The notes under the pieces were generated by a model. It had not been told where the DNA came from. It saw only the letters and a list, made by a program, of their open reading frames with translations, and made no database searches. Positions 19,558 through 29,484 of a DNA stretch of 64,000 nt are shown here, in pieces. Origin of the DNA: Bacillota bacterium (lineage in GTDB: Bacteria > Bacillota > Clostridia > Oscillospirales > Ruminococcaceae); NCBI GenBank assembly GCA_029572815.1, contig JAKPUQ010000060.1, positions 13,274-77,273 of the forward strand, given 5' to 3'. Both the position numbers and the translations under genes were made by a program. Position 1 is the first letter of the stretch. Every line of letters begins with the position of its first letter.

Positions 19558-22500
19558 ATGGGCTGGACAGAACAACAGCAGAAAGCGATCGATGCACGTG
19601 ATACGTCCCTGATAGTTTCAGCTGCGGCGGGAAGTGGAAAGACAGCAGTCCTTACGGAGCGACTGGTAAAGCTGCTGGCTGATAAGGAGTCGGGAGTGCG
19701 CGCTGACAGAATGGTAGTTGTTACATTTACCAATGACGCGGCGGCGGAGCTGAAAAAACGCCTTGACAGCAAGCTAAGAGCTATGATAAATGATTCTCCC
19801 GATGACAGACATCTTCTGAAGCAGCAGATACTTCTGCAGAGTGCAAGGATATCCACCATTAACTCCTTCTGTTTTGACCTCATAAGGGATAATATCGGCG
19901 AAAACAGCATTACATCAGGGTTCAGCGTGCTTGATGATACTGATAATAAGGTGCTGAGAGCACGGGCTATGGAGGAGCTTCTAAATTATTACTGCGAGAA
20001 TGAGTATGAAAAAATTTCATTTATGTTTGACCGCTTCTGCATCAAGGACGAAAAAAGACTGGTCGAGGTACTGGAACGAGCAGACAGCTTTCTTGCGTCA
20101 GTAGCCCTGAGAGACAAATGGCTTGATACTGCTGTAAAGAAGTATCTTCCGGAATTCAGCAAGTCGGAGTATTGTGTCAGCCTCTTCGAGTCTGTGAATG
20201 CTGAACTTGACAGAGCGGTCAGAGCGGCTGATGATAACATTGGCATGATAAAGCGGATATTCCCTGATATGTCAGTTCCTGCTGCGGAAAAATCCTATGC
20301 TCAGGCGGAAGAGGACTATGACAGGATATCCGGTCTGGCTGATATCTTCAGAGCAAAACGTTTCCCGACTGATGAAGAGGCAGGGCAGGCTCAGGCGTTC
20401 AGCGCACTTGTCAGAGTAGGAAAAACGCCTCATGACAAAGCTCTAAGGGAAATATTCAAGAAAAAACGTGAAATGATAAAGAAGGCTGCTGAAAGAGTAG
20501 TTGGCAGGATGGCTTCTGTTGAGAGTGATTACCGTGAATGCGGAGAGGTCACACAGGTCCTTGTCGAGATGCTGAGGAAGTTTGAGGAGATAGTCTGGGA
20601 GAAAAAGTGCGAGAAGAATGCACTGAGCTTCGATGACGGCGAAAGACTGACTCTTGAGATACTCGCCTCAGAGGACGATAACGGAAGGCTGATACAGTCC
20701 GAAACTGCACGGAGGATCGCAGATTATTATGATATAATCATGATCGACGAGTATCAGGATTCAAACAACAAGCAGGATCTGATATTCAAGCTTATATCCA
20801 AAAACTACAGGCTTGATGAGTCGGGCGAGCCTATGTATGGCGATAATGTATTCCTTGTTGGTGATGTCAAGCAGTCTATCTATCGCTTCCGACTTGCAAA
20901 TCCCCGCAATTTTATAAATACTCTCGGAGCATCGCGGCCGTATTCTCCTGAAAACAGTTCAAAAAATCAGTCTATAGTCTTGAATAAGAACTTCAGAAGC
21001 TCTCCTCAGGTAATAGACTTTGTGAATTATGTTTTTGCGCAGATAATGAGCGAGAACTGCGGCGATATCAACTATACTGAAGATGAAATGCTGCATTTTG
21101 GTGCGGCTCAGTATACGGAAGAGGCATCAGAAAGCAGAAAAGCATGTATAACATTCATAAATGATGATGCTTCGGATGATGATGAACAGTCTGAGGCTAT
21201 CAATCGTGAGGCGGTATTTACTGCTGGCAGAATAGCGGAAATGATCAGAGACGGAGAAACAGTCATCGATAAGGACGGCAGGGAACGTCCGTGCAGGCCT
21301 TCTGATTTCTGTATTCTTGTAAGAAATAATGTACACATAAATATGTATGCTGATGAGTTGAACAAGATCGGAGTACCGGCAAAGGGAAGTGAAGAATCGG
21401 GATATCTCAGATCGCGGGAGATAGCTGTTCTTATTGATCTGTTGAGGATAATAAGTAATCCGCTTCAGGATATTCCTATGGCAGCGGTCATGGCTTCACC
21501 TATGTATATGTTCAGCGTATCAGATATAGCGCTTATAAAATCCTTTGACAGAAACAGGGCGTTGTTTCCGATAATCAGGGGACTTGCTGACGGAGACTAT
21601 CCTGAATGTGATGATATGTTCCTTATAGAAAGATGTGCAGAGTTTCTCGAATCTCTGGATAGCTTCAGACTTGATTCTGTGACAATGACTATTGGAGAAC
21701 TTATTGGCGAGATCTATGACACAACAGATTTTATTTCCGTTATGCAGCTTTATAATGACGGAGATAAAAAGCGTGCCAATCTTCGTGCTCTCATACAATA
21801 TGCCCAGAATTATGAAAGTACAGCGGCTTTTGACGGCTCGGGAGGTCTTAATGGTTTTCTGAGGCACCTTGACAGGGTAATGGAAAATGGCGATTACGCT
21901 CAGGGAAAGGTCTCGGCTTCAGCAGGAGAATATGTTTCTGTAATGACATTGCATCGTTCAAAAGGACTTGAATTTCCATTTGTGTTCATAGCAGAGACGT
22001 CAGTAAAGTTCAAATTTGATTCAAAGCCTGTCATGTGCAGTCCTGACGGCAGGATCGGATATGTTCTATATGATCCTGATATACTAAGAAAATACAAGAC
22101 CTTTCAGCAGGCCATGCTGTCAGCAGAGGAGGAACGTGATACACGCAGTGAGGAGATGCGTCTCTTATATGTCGGACTTACAAGAGCTCAGCAGAAACTG
22201 TTCATTAATCTTAAAAGCGGCGAAAAGGCACTGAAAAGAGTTATAAGCCTTATGGACAGTATAATACTGCAGAGCGGCGATATATCCGAAGCTGTCAGCG
22301 AAGCAAAGAGCTTTTCTGACTGGATGTGGGTAAGTATCCTGCGCGATTCTTGTTTTGCAGATATAGCCGAGAAGCTGGATCTTGAGGCAGAAGGAGTAAT
22401 GCCGTATGCGCACAAAAACACAGACAGCGTTTTTGAATATGAGATAGTCGATGATGTTTCAGTGGAAGAAACTGAACCGGAAGCCGAAACACAGGAAACT

Positions 22501-23196
22501 GCTCCGAATGAGAAAATGATCAACGAGATGAAGGATATAGTCTCCTTTTATTATGACCGTACACTTTCCGAGACGCCTGCAAAGCTTAGTGTAACACAGA
22601 TCACCAAGAAGCTAAAGGATAGAGATGAGCCTTTTGATATGAAACTGAAACGTCCCGGATTTCGCATGGCGGGATCAAAGCTTACGGGAGCGGAAAGAGG
22701 TACGGCTATCCATACCTTCTTCCAGTACTGTGATTTTGAAAAGGCTATTAACAATGTTGACGAGGAAATAGCTGCTGTGTCTGGTAAAGGTTATATCAGT
22801 CAGTCAGAGGCGGAGTCGATTGACAGAGAAAATGTTAGAGCTTTTTTTGAAAGCGGCTTATACAAAAGGATATGTTCTGCAATGGCATATGTGCGTGAGA
22901 AGAAGTTCATGGTGGCAGTTTCAGAACTGGATATCGATAATGAAGCTTTGGACAAGCTGAAGAAGTCTGACGGAATGATAAAGGGAATAATCGACCTGAT
23001 GTTTGAAGAGGAAGACGGAATAGTTATCGTGGACTATAAATCAGACAGGGGAGTATCCCTTGAAAAGCTGAAAGAGCGTTATTCCATGCAATTAAAACTT
23101 TATAAAGCAGCAATCGAACTCACAACAAAGAAAAGAGTAAAAGAAGCATATCTTTACTCTTTTGAGCTCAGAGCTCAGATCGCAGTGGAAATATAA
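19558..23196 (+). CDS. addA: ATP-dependent helicase/nuclease subunit A
   Basis: SAAAGSGKT, IDEYQD, VGDVKQSIYRFR, HRSKGLEFP, LYVGLTRA, GIIDL...VDYKS. Confidence 0.95.
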   Translation: MGWTEQQQKAIDARDTSLIVSAAAGSGKTAVLTERLVKLLADKESGVRADRMVVVTFTNDAAAELKKRLDSKLRAMINDSPDDRHLLKQQILLQSARISTINSFCFDLIRDNIGENSITSGFSVLDDTDNKVLRARAMEELLNYYCENEYEKISFMFDRFCIKDEKRLVEVLERADSFLASVALRDKWLDTAVKKYLPEFSKSEYCVSLFESVNAELDRAVRAADDNIGMIKRIFPDMSVPAAEKSYAQAEEDYDRISGLADIFRAKRFPTDEEAGQAQAFSALVRVGKTPHDKALREIFKKKREMIKKAAERVVGRMASVESDYRECGEVTQVLVEMLRKFEEIVWEKKCEKNALSFDDGERLTLEILASEDDNGRLIQSETARRIADYYDIIMIDEYQDSNNKQDLIFKLISKNYRLDESGEPMYGDNVFLVGDVKQSIYRFRLANPRNFINTLGASRPYSPENSSKNQSIVLNKNFRSSPQVIDFVNYVFAQIMSENCGDINYTEDEMLHFGAAQYTEEASESRKACITFINDDASDDDEQSEAINREAVFTAGRIAEMIRDGETVIDKDGRERPCRPSDFCILVRNNVHINMYADELNKIGVPAKGSEESGYLRSREIAVLIDLLRIISNPLQDIPMAAVMASPMYMFSVSDIALIKSFDRNRALFPIIRGLADGDYPECDDMFLIERCAEFLESLDSFRLDSVTMTIGELIGEIYDTTDFISVMQLYNDGDKKRANLRALIQYAQNYESTAAFDGSGGLNGFLRHLDRVMENGDYAQGKVSASAGEYVSVMTLHRSKGLEFPFVFIAETSVKFKFDSKPVMCSPDGRIGYVLYDPDILRKYKTFQQAMLSAEEERDTRSEEMRLLYVGLTRAQQKLFINLKSGEKALKRVISLMDSIILQSGDISEAVSEAKSFSDWMWVSILRDSCFADIAEKLDLEAEGVMPYAHKNTDSVFEYEIVDDVSVEETEPEAETQETAPNEKMINEMKDIVSFYYDRTLSETPAKLSVTQITKKLKDRDEPFDMKLKRPGFRMAGSKLTGAERGTAIHTFFQYCDFEKAINNVDEEIAAVSGKGYISQSEAESIDRENVRAFFESGLYKRICSAMAYVREKKFMVAVSELDIDNEALDKLKKSDGMIKGIIDLMFEEEDGIVIVDYKSDRGVSLEKLKERYSMQLKLYKAAIELTTKKRVKEAYLYSFELRAQIAVEI

Positions 23197-23197
23197 A

Positions 23198-23229
23198 AAA
23201 AGGCTCCTGTTTTATTACGGGAGCCTTTT
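23198..23229 (+). terminator. Intrinsic terminator after addA
   Basis: AAAAGGCTCC/GGAGCCTTTT inverted repeat. Confidence 0.7.
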
Positions 23230-23388
23230 CAACAACAATTCAACACATCGATTTGTTATATCGCTATAATATAATTCGACTGCTTTGTGCAAATCGTAGA
23301 AATAATATGATTTCGCAAATTTTGTTGACAATAAATGAAATTTGTATTATAATAAAATATACAGAGATATAAAATTTTGAGGTGTAGA

Positions 23389-24471
23389 ATGAACAAAAGA
23401 AGGAAACAAAGGCGCAATGCTAACTTGTTTAAGTCAGGCACAGCGGTTTTCCTTTTAGTTCTTATATTTATCGGCGCTTTTACGGCAAGGTATCTGAACA
23501 GGCGCAGCAGGCGTACAGCTTCTGTTGCAGAGATCATTTCAGATGTTGCCGGAGAAGTTACTACGGGCGAAGTGCCTGTATCTGCCGAAGCTACTACAGA
23601 ACAATCAGAGGAAGCGGCAGTGCCTTTTGTTGTATTTCCTGAAAAGACGGACAAGTCTCAGAAATTCAAAAAGGAATATGACGCTAAAAATGCTATTCTG
23701 ATTAATGTAGACGATAACGAGGTCGTGGCTTACAGGGATGAACACGTACAGTTGTATCCTGCTTCACTTACTAAGATAATGACGCTTGTTATTGCTGTTG
23801 AAAATATAAAAGACCTTTCTGCTACCGTTCCGATAACGTATGAAATGGTAGCTCCATATATAGCTCTGGATGCCTCCAGAGCAGGCTTCGAACCTGATGA
23901 AACGCCAACTCTCAAGGATGTGCTGTATGGCATGATCCTGTGTTCGGGTGCAGATGCATCACTTGCAGCTGCTGAATATGTTTCAGGTTCAGAGGAGGCA
24001 TTTGTGAAGCTCATGAACGAGAAATGCGATGAGATCGGTTTAAAACACACACATTTCACTAATGTTGCAGGACTTCACGATAAGAACAACTATAGTACAG
24101 CAGAAGACATCGCCATTTTGCTGGAATATGCTATCGGGAACGATATATGCCGCGAGATCCTTTCTGCGGTAGAATATAAAGTTCCTCCGACTGAACAGAA
24201 TGCGGACGGACTTGTATTTGAAAGTACTCTGTTCAGCAGGATGTATGGCGATGAAATGCCTGGGGTAAAAGTCCTGGGAGGAAAAACAGGCTTTACGGAC
24301 GAGGCTGGAAACTGTATAGCTACGTTTGCAGAGGTTAACGGAAAAAAGTACATACTTGTGCTGTGCGGCGGAACTACTAACTGGAACAATGTATATAATA
24401 CGCTTAGTGCGTACAGCGAATATTGTGCAGGCGGAAAAGCTTATGAGCCGTCTGATAAAAGAGAAAAATAA
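23389..24471 (+). CDS. D-alanyl-D-alanine carboxypeptidase (peptidase S11), N-terminal membrane anchor
   Basis: Intact PASLTK and GKTG; the middle motif reads SGAD; HFTNVAGLH. Confidence 0.9.
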   Translation: MNKRRKQRRNANLFKSGTAVFLLVLIFIGAFTARYLNRRSRRTASVAEIISDVAGEVTTGEVPVSAEATTEQSEEAAVPFVVFPEKTDKSQKFKKEYDAKNAILINVDDNEVVAYRDEHVQLYPASLTKIMTLVIAVENIKDLSATVPITYEMVAPYIALDASRAGFEPDETPTLKDVLYGMILCSGADASLAAAEYVSGSEEAFVKLMNEKCDEIGLKHTHFTNVAGLHDKNNYSTAEDIAILLEYAIGNDICREILSAVEYKVPPTEQNADGLVFESTLFSRMYGDEMPGVKVLGGKTGFTDEAGNCIATFAEVNGKKYILVLCGGTTNWNNVYNTLSAYSEYCAGGKAYEPSDKREK

Positions 24472-24511
24472 ACAGAGATATATGTAGAACAAATATCGGA
24501 GGATATGTATA

Positions 24512-25483
24512 ATGAAGGAGACAAAGAAAAACAAGCTCAGAATGAGCCGCGTTTTGCTTGCTATGGGCATAATTGTCGGCACTCTTTTTGGCGCTGATTC
24601 TCTCAGAAGAACACTGGCTTCTCAGCAGCCATATAATCTTACAATAAAGGGCGATTTCCGCAATTCTGAAACACACACGGAAGCGTCTACTGGAAGCAGC
24701 CTTAGTTACAGCACGACAGATCAGGCAACAACAGCCTTTGAGGGTGTGAAGTACCTTGGTTACTCTGAATGTGAACTTTTCAAGAAGGATGTTTCGGACG
24801 GAATCCTTTCACTTTTTAATGACAAATCACCTGCAAAGGTTGATAATCAGGGCGTTATGGTGGATCTGGCTGATGAGAAGAATGAATTCTACAGCCTTGT
24901 TGATGAAAATATGGAGCTTAACAAGGATGCTGCTGAGGCTCTTAACCGCATGATGGAAGATTATGCAAACGAAACAGGTCTTGCTGATTTTATAGTTTAC
25001 GGAACTACAGACACATATACCGGCGAGAATTCTTATTGTCCCAAGGCTTTTGCTGAGTCAAAAGCAGGATATTGCGTTGATCTTGCACTTAATGCATACG
25101 GTTCTGTAATTTCTTATGACGGATACGATACAGAGGGCTGGGTTGGAGAAAACTGCTGGAAGTACGGTTTTATCGTAAGGTATCCCGAGGGAAAGAAGGA
25201 GAAGACCGGCTCTGAGTATTGTCCATGGCATCTTCGATATATAGGAGAGATCCACGCAGCTATCAGTACCCAGAAGAAGATGTGCCTTGAGGAGTATGTT
25301 GACTTCCTTGAGCAGTATACATTTGAGGAACCCTATACATTCTCATTCAATGGCGAATCATATCAGATCTATTCTGTGACCGGAAACGAGGACAAGCTTA
25401 CAACGAGAGTACCTATCTCGGGTAATTACGAGCTTTCAGGCGATAACAGAGAAACATTCATAATAACTGCACATAAAGTTTGA
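24512..25483 (+). CDS. VanY/LdcB-like (peptidase M15B) protein with a degenerate Zn site
   Basis: WKYGFIVRYPEGK...PWHLRYIG marks M15B. The SEH motif reads AES and EPWH reads CPWH. Confidence 0.8.
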   Translation: MKETKKNKLRMSRVLLAMGIIVGTLFGADSLRRTLASQQPYNLTIKGDFRNSETHTEASTGSSLSYSTTDQATTAFEGVKYLGYSECELFKKDVSDGILSLFNDKSPAKVDNQGVMVDLADEKNEFYSLVDENMELNKDAAEALNRMMEDYANETGLADFIVYGTTDTYTGENSYCPKAFAESKAGYCVDLALNAYGSVISYDGYDTEGWVGENCWKYGFIVRYPEGKKEKTGSEYCPWHLRYIGEIHAAISTQKKMCLEEYVDFLEQYTFEEPYTFSFNGESYQIYSVTGNEDKLTTRVPISGNYELSGDNRETFIITAHKV

Positions 25484-25488
25484 TGAGT

Positions 25489-25513
25489 GGGAGCAGCTTC
25501 GGCTGCTCCTTTT
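25489..25513 (+). terminator. Intrinsic terminator
   Basis: GGAGCAGC-TTCG-GCTGCTCC followed by TTTT. Confidence 0.8.
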
Positions 25514-25557
25514 CATTTTTTTATATCTTGCAGCATATGATGTCCTGAGGTGATTTT

Positions 25558-26697
25558 ATGCGTTTTTTTCTCAGAGCGGCTGTATTGATATCTGGAATAA
25601 TTATAACAGCAGCGTGGATAATGGGGGCAGGTAAGGCTGATGAAGTAACTGCTTCTGCCTATATCCTGATGGAAGCTGATACAAAAACGATAATAGAAGG
25701 GAATTGCCCTGATAAGAGACTTAACTCGGGCTATCTCAGCAAGCTTATGGGCGTTTTGCTGGTAGCGGAGGATATTGATTCAGGAAAATATTCCGTTAAT
25801 GATATTCTTACTGCCTCGGATAGCGTAACTAATACCAAAGGGTCAGTTATATGGCTTGAGAGTGGAGACACGCTTTCTGTTGACGAACTGCTGAAAAGCG
25901 TTATAATCGGCAATGCTAATGATGCGCTTACGGTTCTTGCTGAGCGCTCATCTGGCAGTGTAGATGCTTTTGTAATGGATATGAATGCAAAAGCGTTTGA
26001 TCTTGGGCTCAGAGATACATTTTTTGAAAGTCCTTACGGATACAGTGGGGAAGCTTCTTACTCTACTGCTCATGATGTTGCGGTAATATGTTCTGAACTG
26101 CTCAAGTACGATTTTCTTCAGCATTATTTCAAAATATGGCGCGATTTTGTCCGTAACGGACAAGTGGAGCTTGTAAGTGAAAACACAATGACACGAACTT
26201 ACAGTGCCCATGCCGGCTTTAAGGCTTGCCATTCTGATATATGCGGGTATTGTATAGCGGAGGCGGGACGTGATGATGACGGTACGGCTTTTGTGGCGGT
26301 AATAATAGGAGCAGAAAGTGCTGAAATGACTTTTAACTTTGCAAAAAATCTGCTTAGAAAAGGATTTAGGAACTATAATGTATCTGATACCATGTTCCTT
26401 GATGAAATGCTAAAACCTGTCATGGTACGAAGCGGTACTGCTTCTGCCGTTGAGATAGGTATCGAAAAGCAGGGGAGAGCTGTAGTTCCAGCAGGCTCAG
26501 CTACTCTCAGAGCAAAGGTGGTTATCCCTGAGTATCTGACTGCTCCTGTACGGGCAGGGCAGCCTGTCGGTACGGCGGCTTTTTATAATGACGATAAACT
26601 TGTTTTTGAGGCTGATATTATAACTAAATCGGCTGTTCCGGAACTTGATTTTGCCTATGTCTTTAGAGAAGTGTTGGTGAAACTGATAGAAAAATAA
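25558..26697 (+). CDS. Peptidase S11 (DacF/DacB-like) protein with degenerate catalytic motifs and a PBP5_C domain
   Basis: ASAYILMEA, FVMDMNAKA--LGL--T-F, STAHDVA, L-APV-AGQ-VG. The motifs read YLSK, NAN and KAC in place of SxxK, SxN and KTG. Confidence 0.85.
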   Translation: MRFFLRAAVLISGIIITAAWIMGAGKADEVTASAYILMEADTKTIIEGNCPDKRLNSGYLSKLMGVLLVAEDIDSGKYSVNDILTASDSVTNTKGSVIWLESGDTLSVDELLKSVIIGNANDALTVLAERSSGSVDAFVMDMNAKAFDLGLRDTFFESPYGYSGEASYSTAHDVAVICSELLKYDFLQHYFKIWRDFVRNGQVELVSENTMTRTYSAHAGFKACHSDICGYCIAEAGRDDDGTAFVAVIIGAESAEMTFNFAKNLLRKGFRNYNVSDTMFLDEMLKPVMVRSGTASAVEIGIEKQGRAVVPAGSATLRAKVVIPEYLTAPVRAGQPVGTAAFYNDDKLVFEADIITKSAVPELDFAYVFREVLVKLIEK

Positions 26698-26748
26698 TGT
26701 TGAAATAGTCACAAATGTACAAATGTTGAAAATGTTATGTAAAGGTAC

Positions 26749-26777
26749 TTGAAAAAAATCAGAAAATATAGTATCAT
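26749..26777 (+). promoter_or_regulatory. Candidate pgi promoter
   Basis: TTGAAA-17 nt-TATCAT. Confidence 0.55.
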
Positions 26778-26832
26778 AAAGATGGTAAATTATATTTGTA
26801 TGGCTTTCCATACATATTGGAGGTAAATTTTA

Positions 26833-28167
26833 ATGTCTTTGAAACTCAACACCAAATACTTGAAGGATTTCGTTAATACTGACGAAATGGCTGGCATCAA
26901 GGCTCAGGTCGAAGCTGCTGCACAGTCCCTTCACAGCAAGACAGGTCTCGGTAATGACTTTTTAGGCTGGGTAGAGCTTCCTACAGCATATGATAAGGAA
27001 GAATTCGCTCGTATCAAGGCTGCTGCCGAGAGGATCAAGGCTAATTCCGATATTCTTATCGTTATCGGTATCGGCGGTTCCTATCTTGGCGCAAGAGCAG
27101 CTATCGAGCTTCTCAAGTCGCCTCTTTATAACAATATGAAGAAGGATACTCCTGATATCTACTATGTTGGAAACAGCATCAATCCTGCTTATCTCAATGA
27201 GATCATTGCTCTGTGTGACGGCAAGGACTTCTCTGTAAACGTTATCTCTAAGTCAGGTACAACTACAGAGCCCGCTCTCGCTTTCCGTATCTTCAAGAAG
27301 ATGGTTGAGGATAAATATGGCAAGGAAGAGGCTAAGAACCGTATCTTCGCTACTACAGACAAGGCAAGAGGAACTCTCAAGAACCTCTCAGACGCTGAGG
27401 GCTATGAGACCTTCGTTATTCCTGATGATGTAGGAGGTCGTTTCTCTGTTCTTACAGCTGTCGGCCTTCTTCCTATCGCAGTTGCAGGCTGTGACATTGA
27501 TGCTCTCATGAAGGGCGCTGCTAAGGCACAGGCTGACTTCTGTGCTGATTTCGATAACAACGACTGCTATAAGTATGCAGCTCTTAGAAATATTCTTTAC
27601 AGAAAGGGCAAGTCTGTAGAGATGCTGGTTTCATACGATCCCAGTTTCGTCATGATGTCTGAGTGGTACAAGCAGCTCTTCGGCGAAAGCGAAGGAAAGG
27701 ACAACAAGGGAATTTTCCTGTCAGCTGCTGTTTTCTCAACTGATCTTCACTCTATGGGTCAGTATATCCAGGACGGTGCAAGGATCCTTTTTGAGACTGT
27801 TGTTGACATCAAGAAGCCCAAGACTGATCTCTTCCTTGAGCCTGATGCTGAGAACCTTGATGGTCTCAACTTCCTTACAAACCAGAATATGTCTGTTGTA
27901 AACAGAAAGGCTTTCGAAGGAACAGTTCTTGCTCATACTGAGGGCGGAGTTCCAAATATCATCCTTGAACTTGATGACACAACTGAGGAGAATGTAGGCT
28001 ATATGATCTACTTCTTCGAGAAGGCTTGCGCTATCTCAGGTTATGTTCTTGGTGTAAATCCCTTCAACCAGCCCGGTGTTGAAAGCTATAAGTCAAATAT
28101 GTTCGCTCTTCTCGGCAAGCCCGGTTATGAAGGCGCAAAGGCAGCTCTTGAAGCTAAGCTCGGCTGA
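26833..28167 (+). CDS. pgi: Glucose-6-phosphate isomerase
   Basis: [46 protein letters not shown]. Confidence 0.97.
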   Translation: MSLKLNTKYLKDFVNTDEMAGIKAQVEAAAQSLHSKTGLGNDFLGWVELPTAYDKEEFARIKAAAERIKANSDILIVIGIGGSYLGARAAIELLKSPLYNNMKKDTPDIYYVGNSINPAYLNEIIALCDGKDFSVNVISKSGTTTEPALAFRIFKKMVEDKYGKEEAKNRIFATTDKARGTLKNLSDAEGYETFVIPDDVGGRFSVLTAVGLLPIAVAGCDIDALMKGAAKAQADFCADFDNNDCYKYAALRNILYRKGKSVEMLVSYDPSFVMMSEWYKQLFGESEGKDNKGIFLSAAVFSTDLHSMGQYIQDGARILFETVVDIKKPKTDLFLEPDAENLDGLNFLTNQNMSVVNRKAFEGTVLAHTEGGVPNIILELDDTTEENVGYMIYFFEKACAISGYVLGVNPFNQPGVESYKSNMFALLGKPGYEGAKAALEAKLG

Positions 28168-28237
28168 TCGGTCTGTTTAGCTCATAATACAAAATATAAT
28201 ACGTCATAAATGCCGAAAGGCACGGAAGGAGTAAATT

Positions 28238-28645
28238 ATGATTAAACTTATTACAGGTAAAAAAGGTACAGGTAAGACAAAGATACTCATCGATCAGATC
28301 AACGATGCTGTAAAGTCAACAAACGGCAACCTGGTTTGCATTGAAAAGGGCGATAATATCAGACGTTCTATCAGCTTCAGAGTAAGATGGTGCGATACAG
28401 AGAGCTTTGCTATCGAAGGCGCAGATGCATTCTACGGCTTTGTAGCAGGTATGCTGGCTGGCAACTACGATATCAAGGACGTTTTCGTTGACGGTATCCT
28501 CAAGATAGTTGGCCGCGACTACGATGCACTCGGCACTCTCTTTGAGAAGCTCGACAAGCTCACAGGCGAAGAAGCAACTGTTGTATTTACAGTTTCTGCT
28601 GATGATTCTGAGCTTCCCGAGAGCGTAAAGCAGTTTATCAAGTAA
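28238..28645 (+). CDS. Conserved small P-loop-containing protein of unknown function
   Basis: GKKGTGKT Walker A-like motif at the N-terminus; VFVDG Walker B-like motif; AAGGAG RBS. Confidence 0.7.
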   Translation: MIKLITGKKGTGKTKILIDQINDAVKSTNGNLVCIEKGDNIRRSISFRVRWCDTESFAIEGADAFYGFVAGMLAGNYDIKDVFVDGILKIVGRDYDALGTLFEKLDKLTGEEATVVFTVSADDSELPESVKQFIK

Positions 28646-28740
28646 TTTAGTATTAAAACCGAAAAAATTTACACCTAACTATTGACATATCTTGTCATCT
28701 GGTGTATAATATATCTTATGGTGCTCTGAAGGATTATAAT

Positions 28741-29202
28741 ATGAAGATCAATTTAAAACAGATATTTGATATCGTTGGAGAATCAAAGAAATTCAGCTAT
28801 GAGATCGAAACCGACGAGCTTGACGGGGTAAAGGGATTCACTTTCAGTTCTCCTGTAAATCTCGAAGGAAGGTTCTATAACCATGCGGGAGTTGTTTATC
28901 TTGAGTATTCTGCCGCTTTTGAGATGCTTCACACCTGCGACAGGTGTCTGAAGGAATTTTCAAAGAACTATGATCTCAGCTTTGAACATATTGTTGTTCC
29001 TTCCGTCAGCAACAGCGATAACGATGATTATATCGTCGCTGACGGCGAGAGCATTGAAGTGAATGAAATTGCACTGACCGATATGCTTCTCAGTTTGCCT
29101 ACAAAGGTACTGTGCAGGGAAGACTGCAAAGGGCTTTGTATGGTATGCGGCTGTGATCTTAACGAAAAACAGTGCGATCATCTTAATAATAATGAGCTGT
29201 GA
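28741..29202 (+). CDS. yceD: YceD/DUF177 family protein
   Basis: CDRCL and LP-K-LC-EDCKGLC--CG-DLN---C; directly upstream of rpmF. Confidence 0.9.
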   Translation: MKINLKQIFDIVGESKKFSYEIETDELDGVKGFTFSSPVNLEGRFYNHAGVVYLEYSAAFEMLHTCDRCLKEFSKNYDLSFEHIVVPSVSNSDNDDYIVADGESIEVNEIALTDMLLSLPTKVLCREDCKGLCMVCGCDLNEKQCDHLNNNEL

Positions 29203-29224
29203 AGCTCTGTAAGGAGGTGCCAGA

Positions 29225-29410
29225 ATGGCTGTACCGAAGAGAAAAACTTCCAAGGCAAGACGTGATAAGAGACGTTCTGCAGTTTGGAAGCTTGAAGCAC
29301 CCGCAATGTCCAAGTGTGATAACTGCGGCGCATATAAGGCTCCGCACAAGGTTTGCAAAAACTGCGGATTCTATAAGGGCGTTGAGGTCCTTAAGATCGA
29401 CGCTGAATAA
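29225..29410 (+). CDS. rpmF: 50S ribosomal protein L32 (Zn-ribbon type)
   Basis: [17 protein letters not shown]...CDNCG...[10 protein letters not shown]. Confidence 0.97.
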   Translation: MAVPKRKTSKARRDKRRSAVWKLEAPAMSKCDNCGAYKAPHKVCKNCGFYKGVEVLKIDAE

Positions 29411-29484
29411 TCGGCTTGATCCGATAAAAGAGAAGGAGAGGAGGAGAGATCCTTCTCTCCTTTTTAAGTATTTGGAGTTATTTT

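Noticed and set aside
26697-26714. Rex-like site ATGTTGAAATAGTCACAA upstream of pgi
   Set aside because: About three mismatches to the consensus in AT-rich DNA.
28238-28645. Calling the small P-loop protein a PilT twitching ATPase
   Set aside because: It is far too short, lacks the PilT Asp/His boxes, and has no pilus genes nearby.
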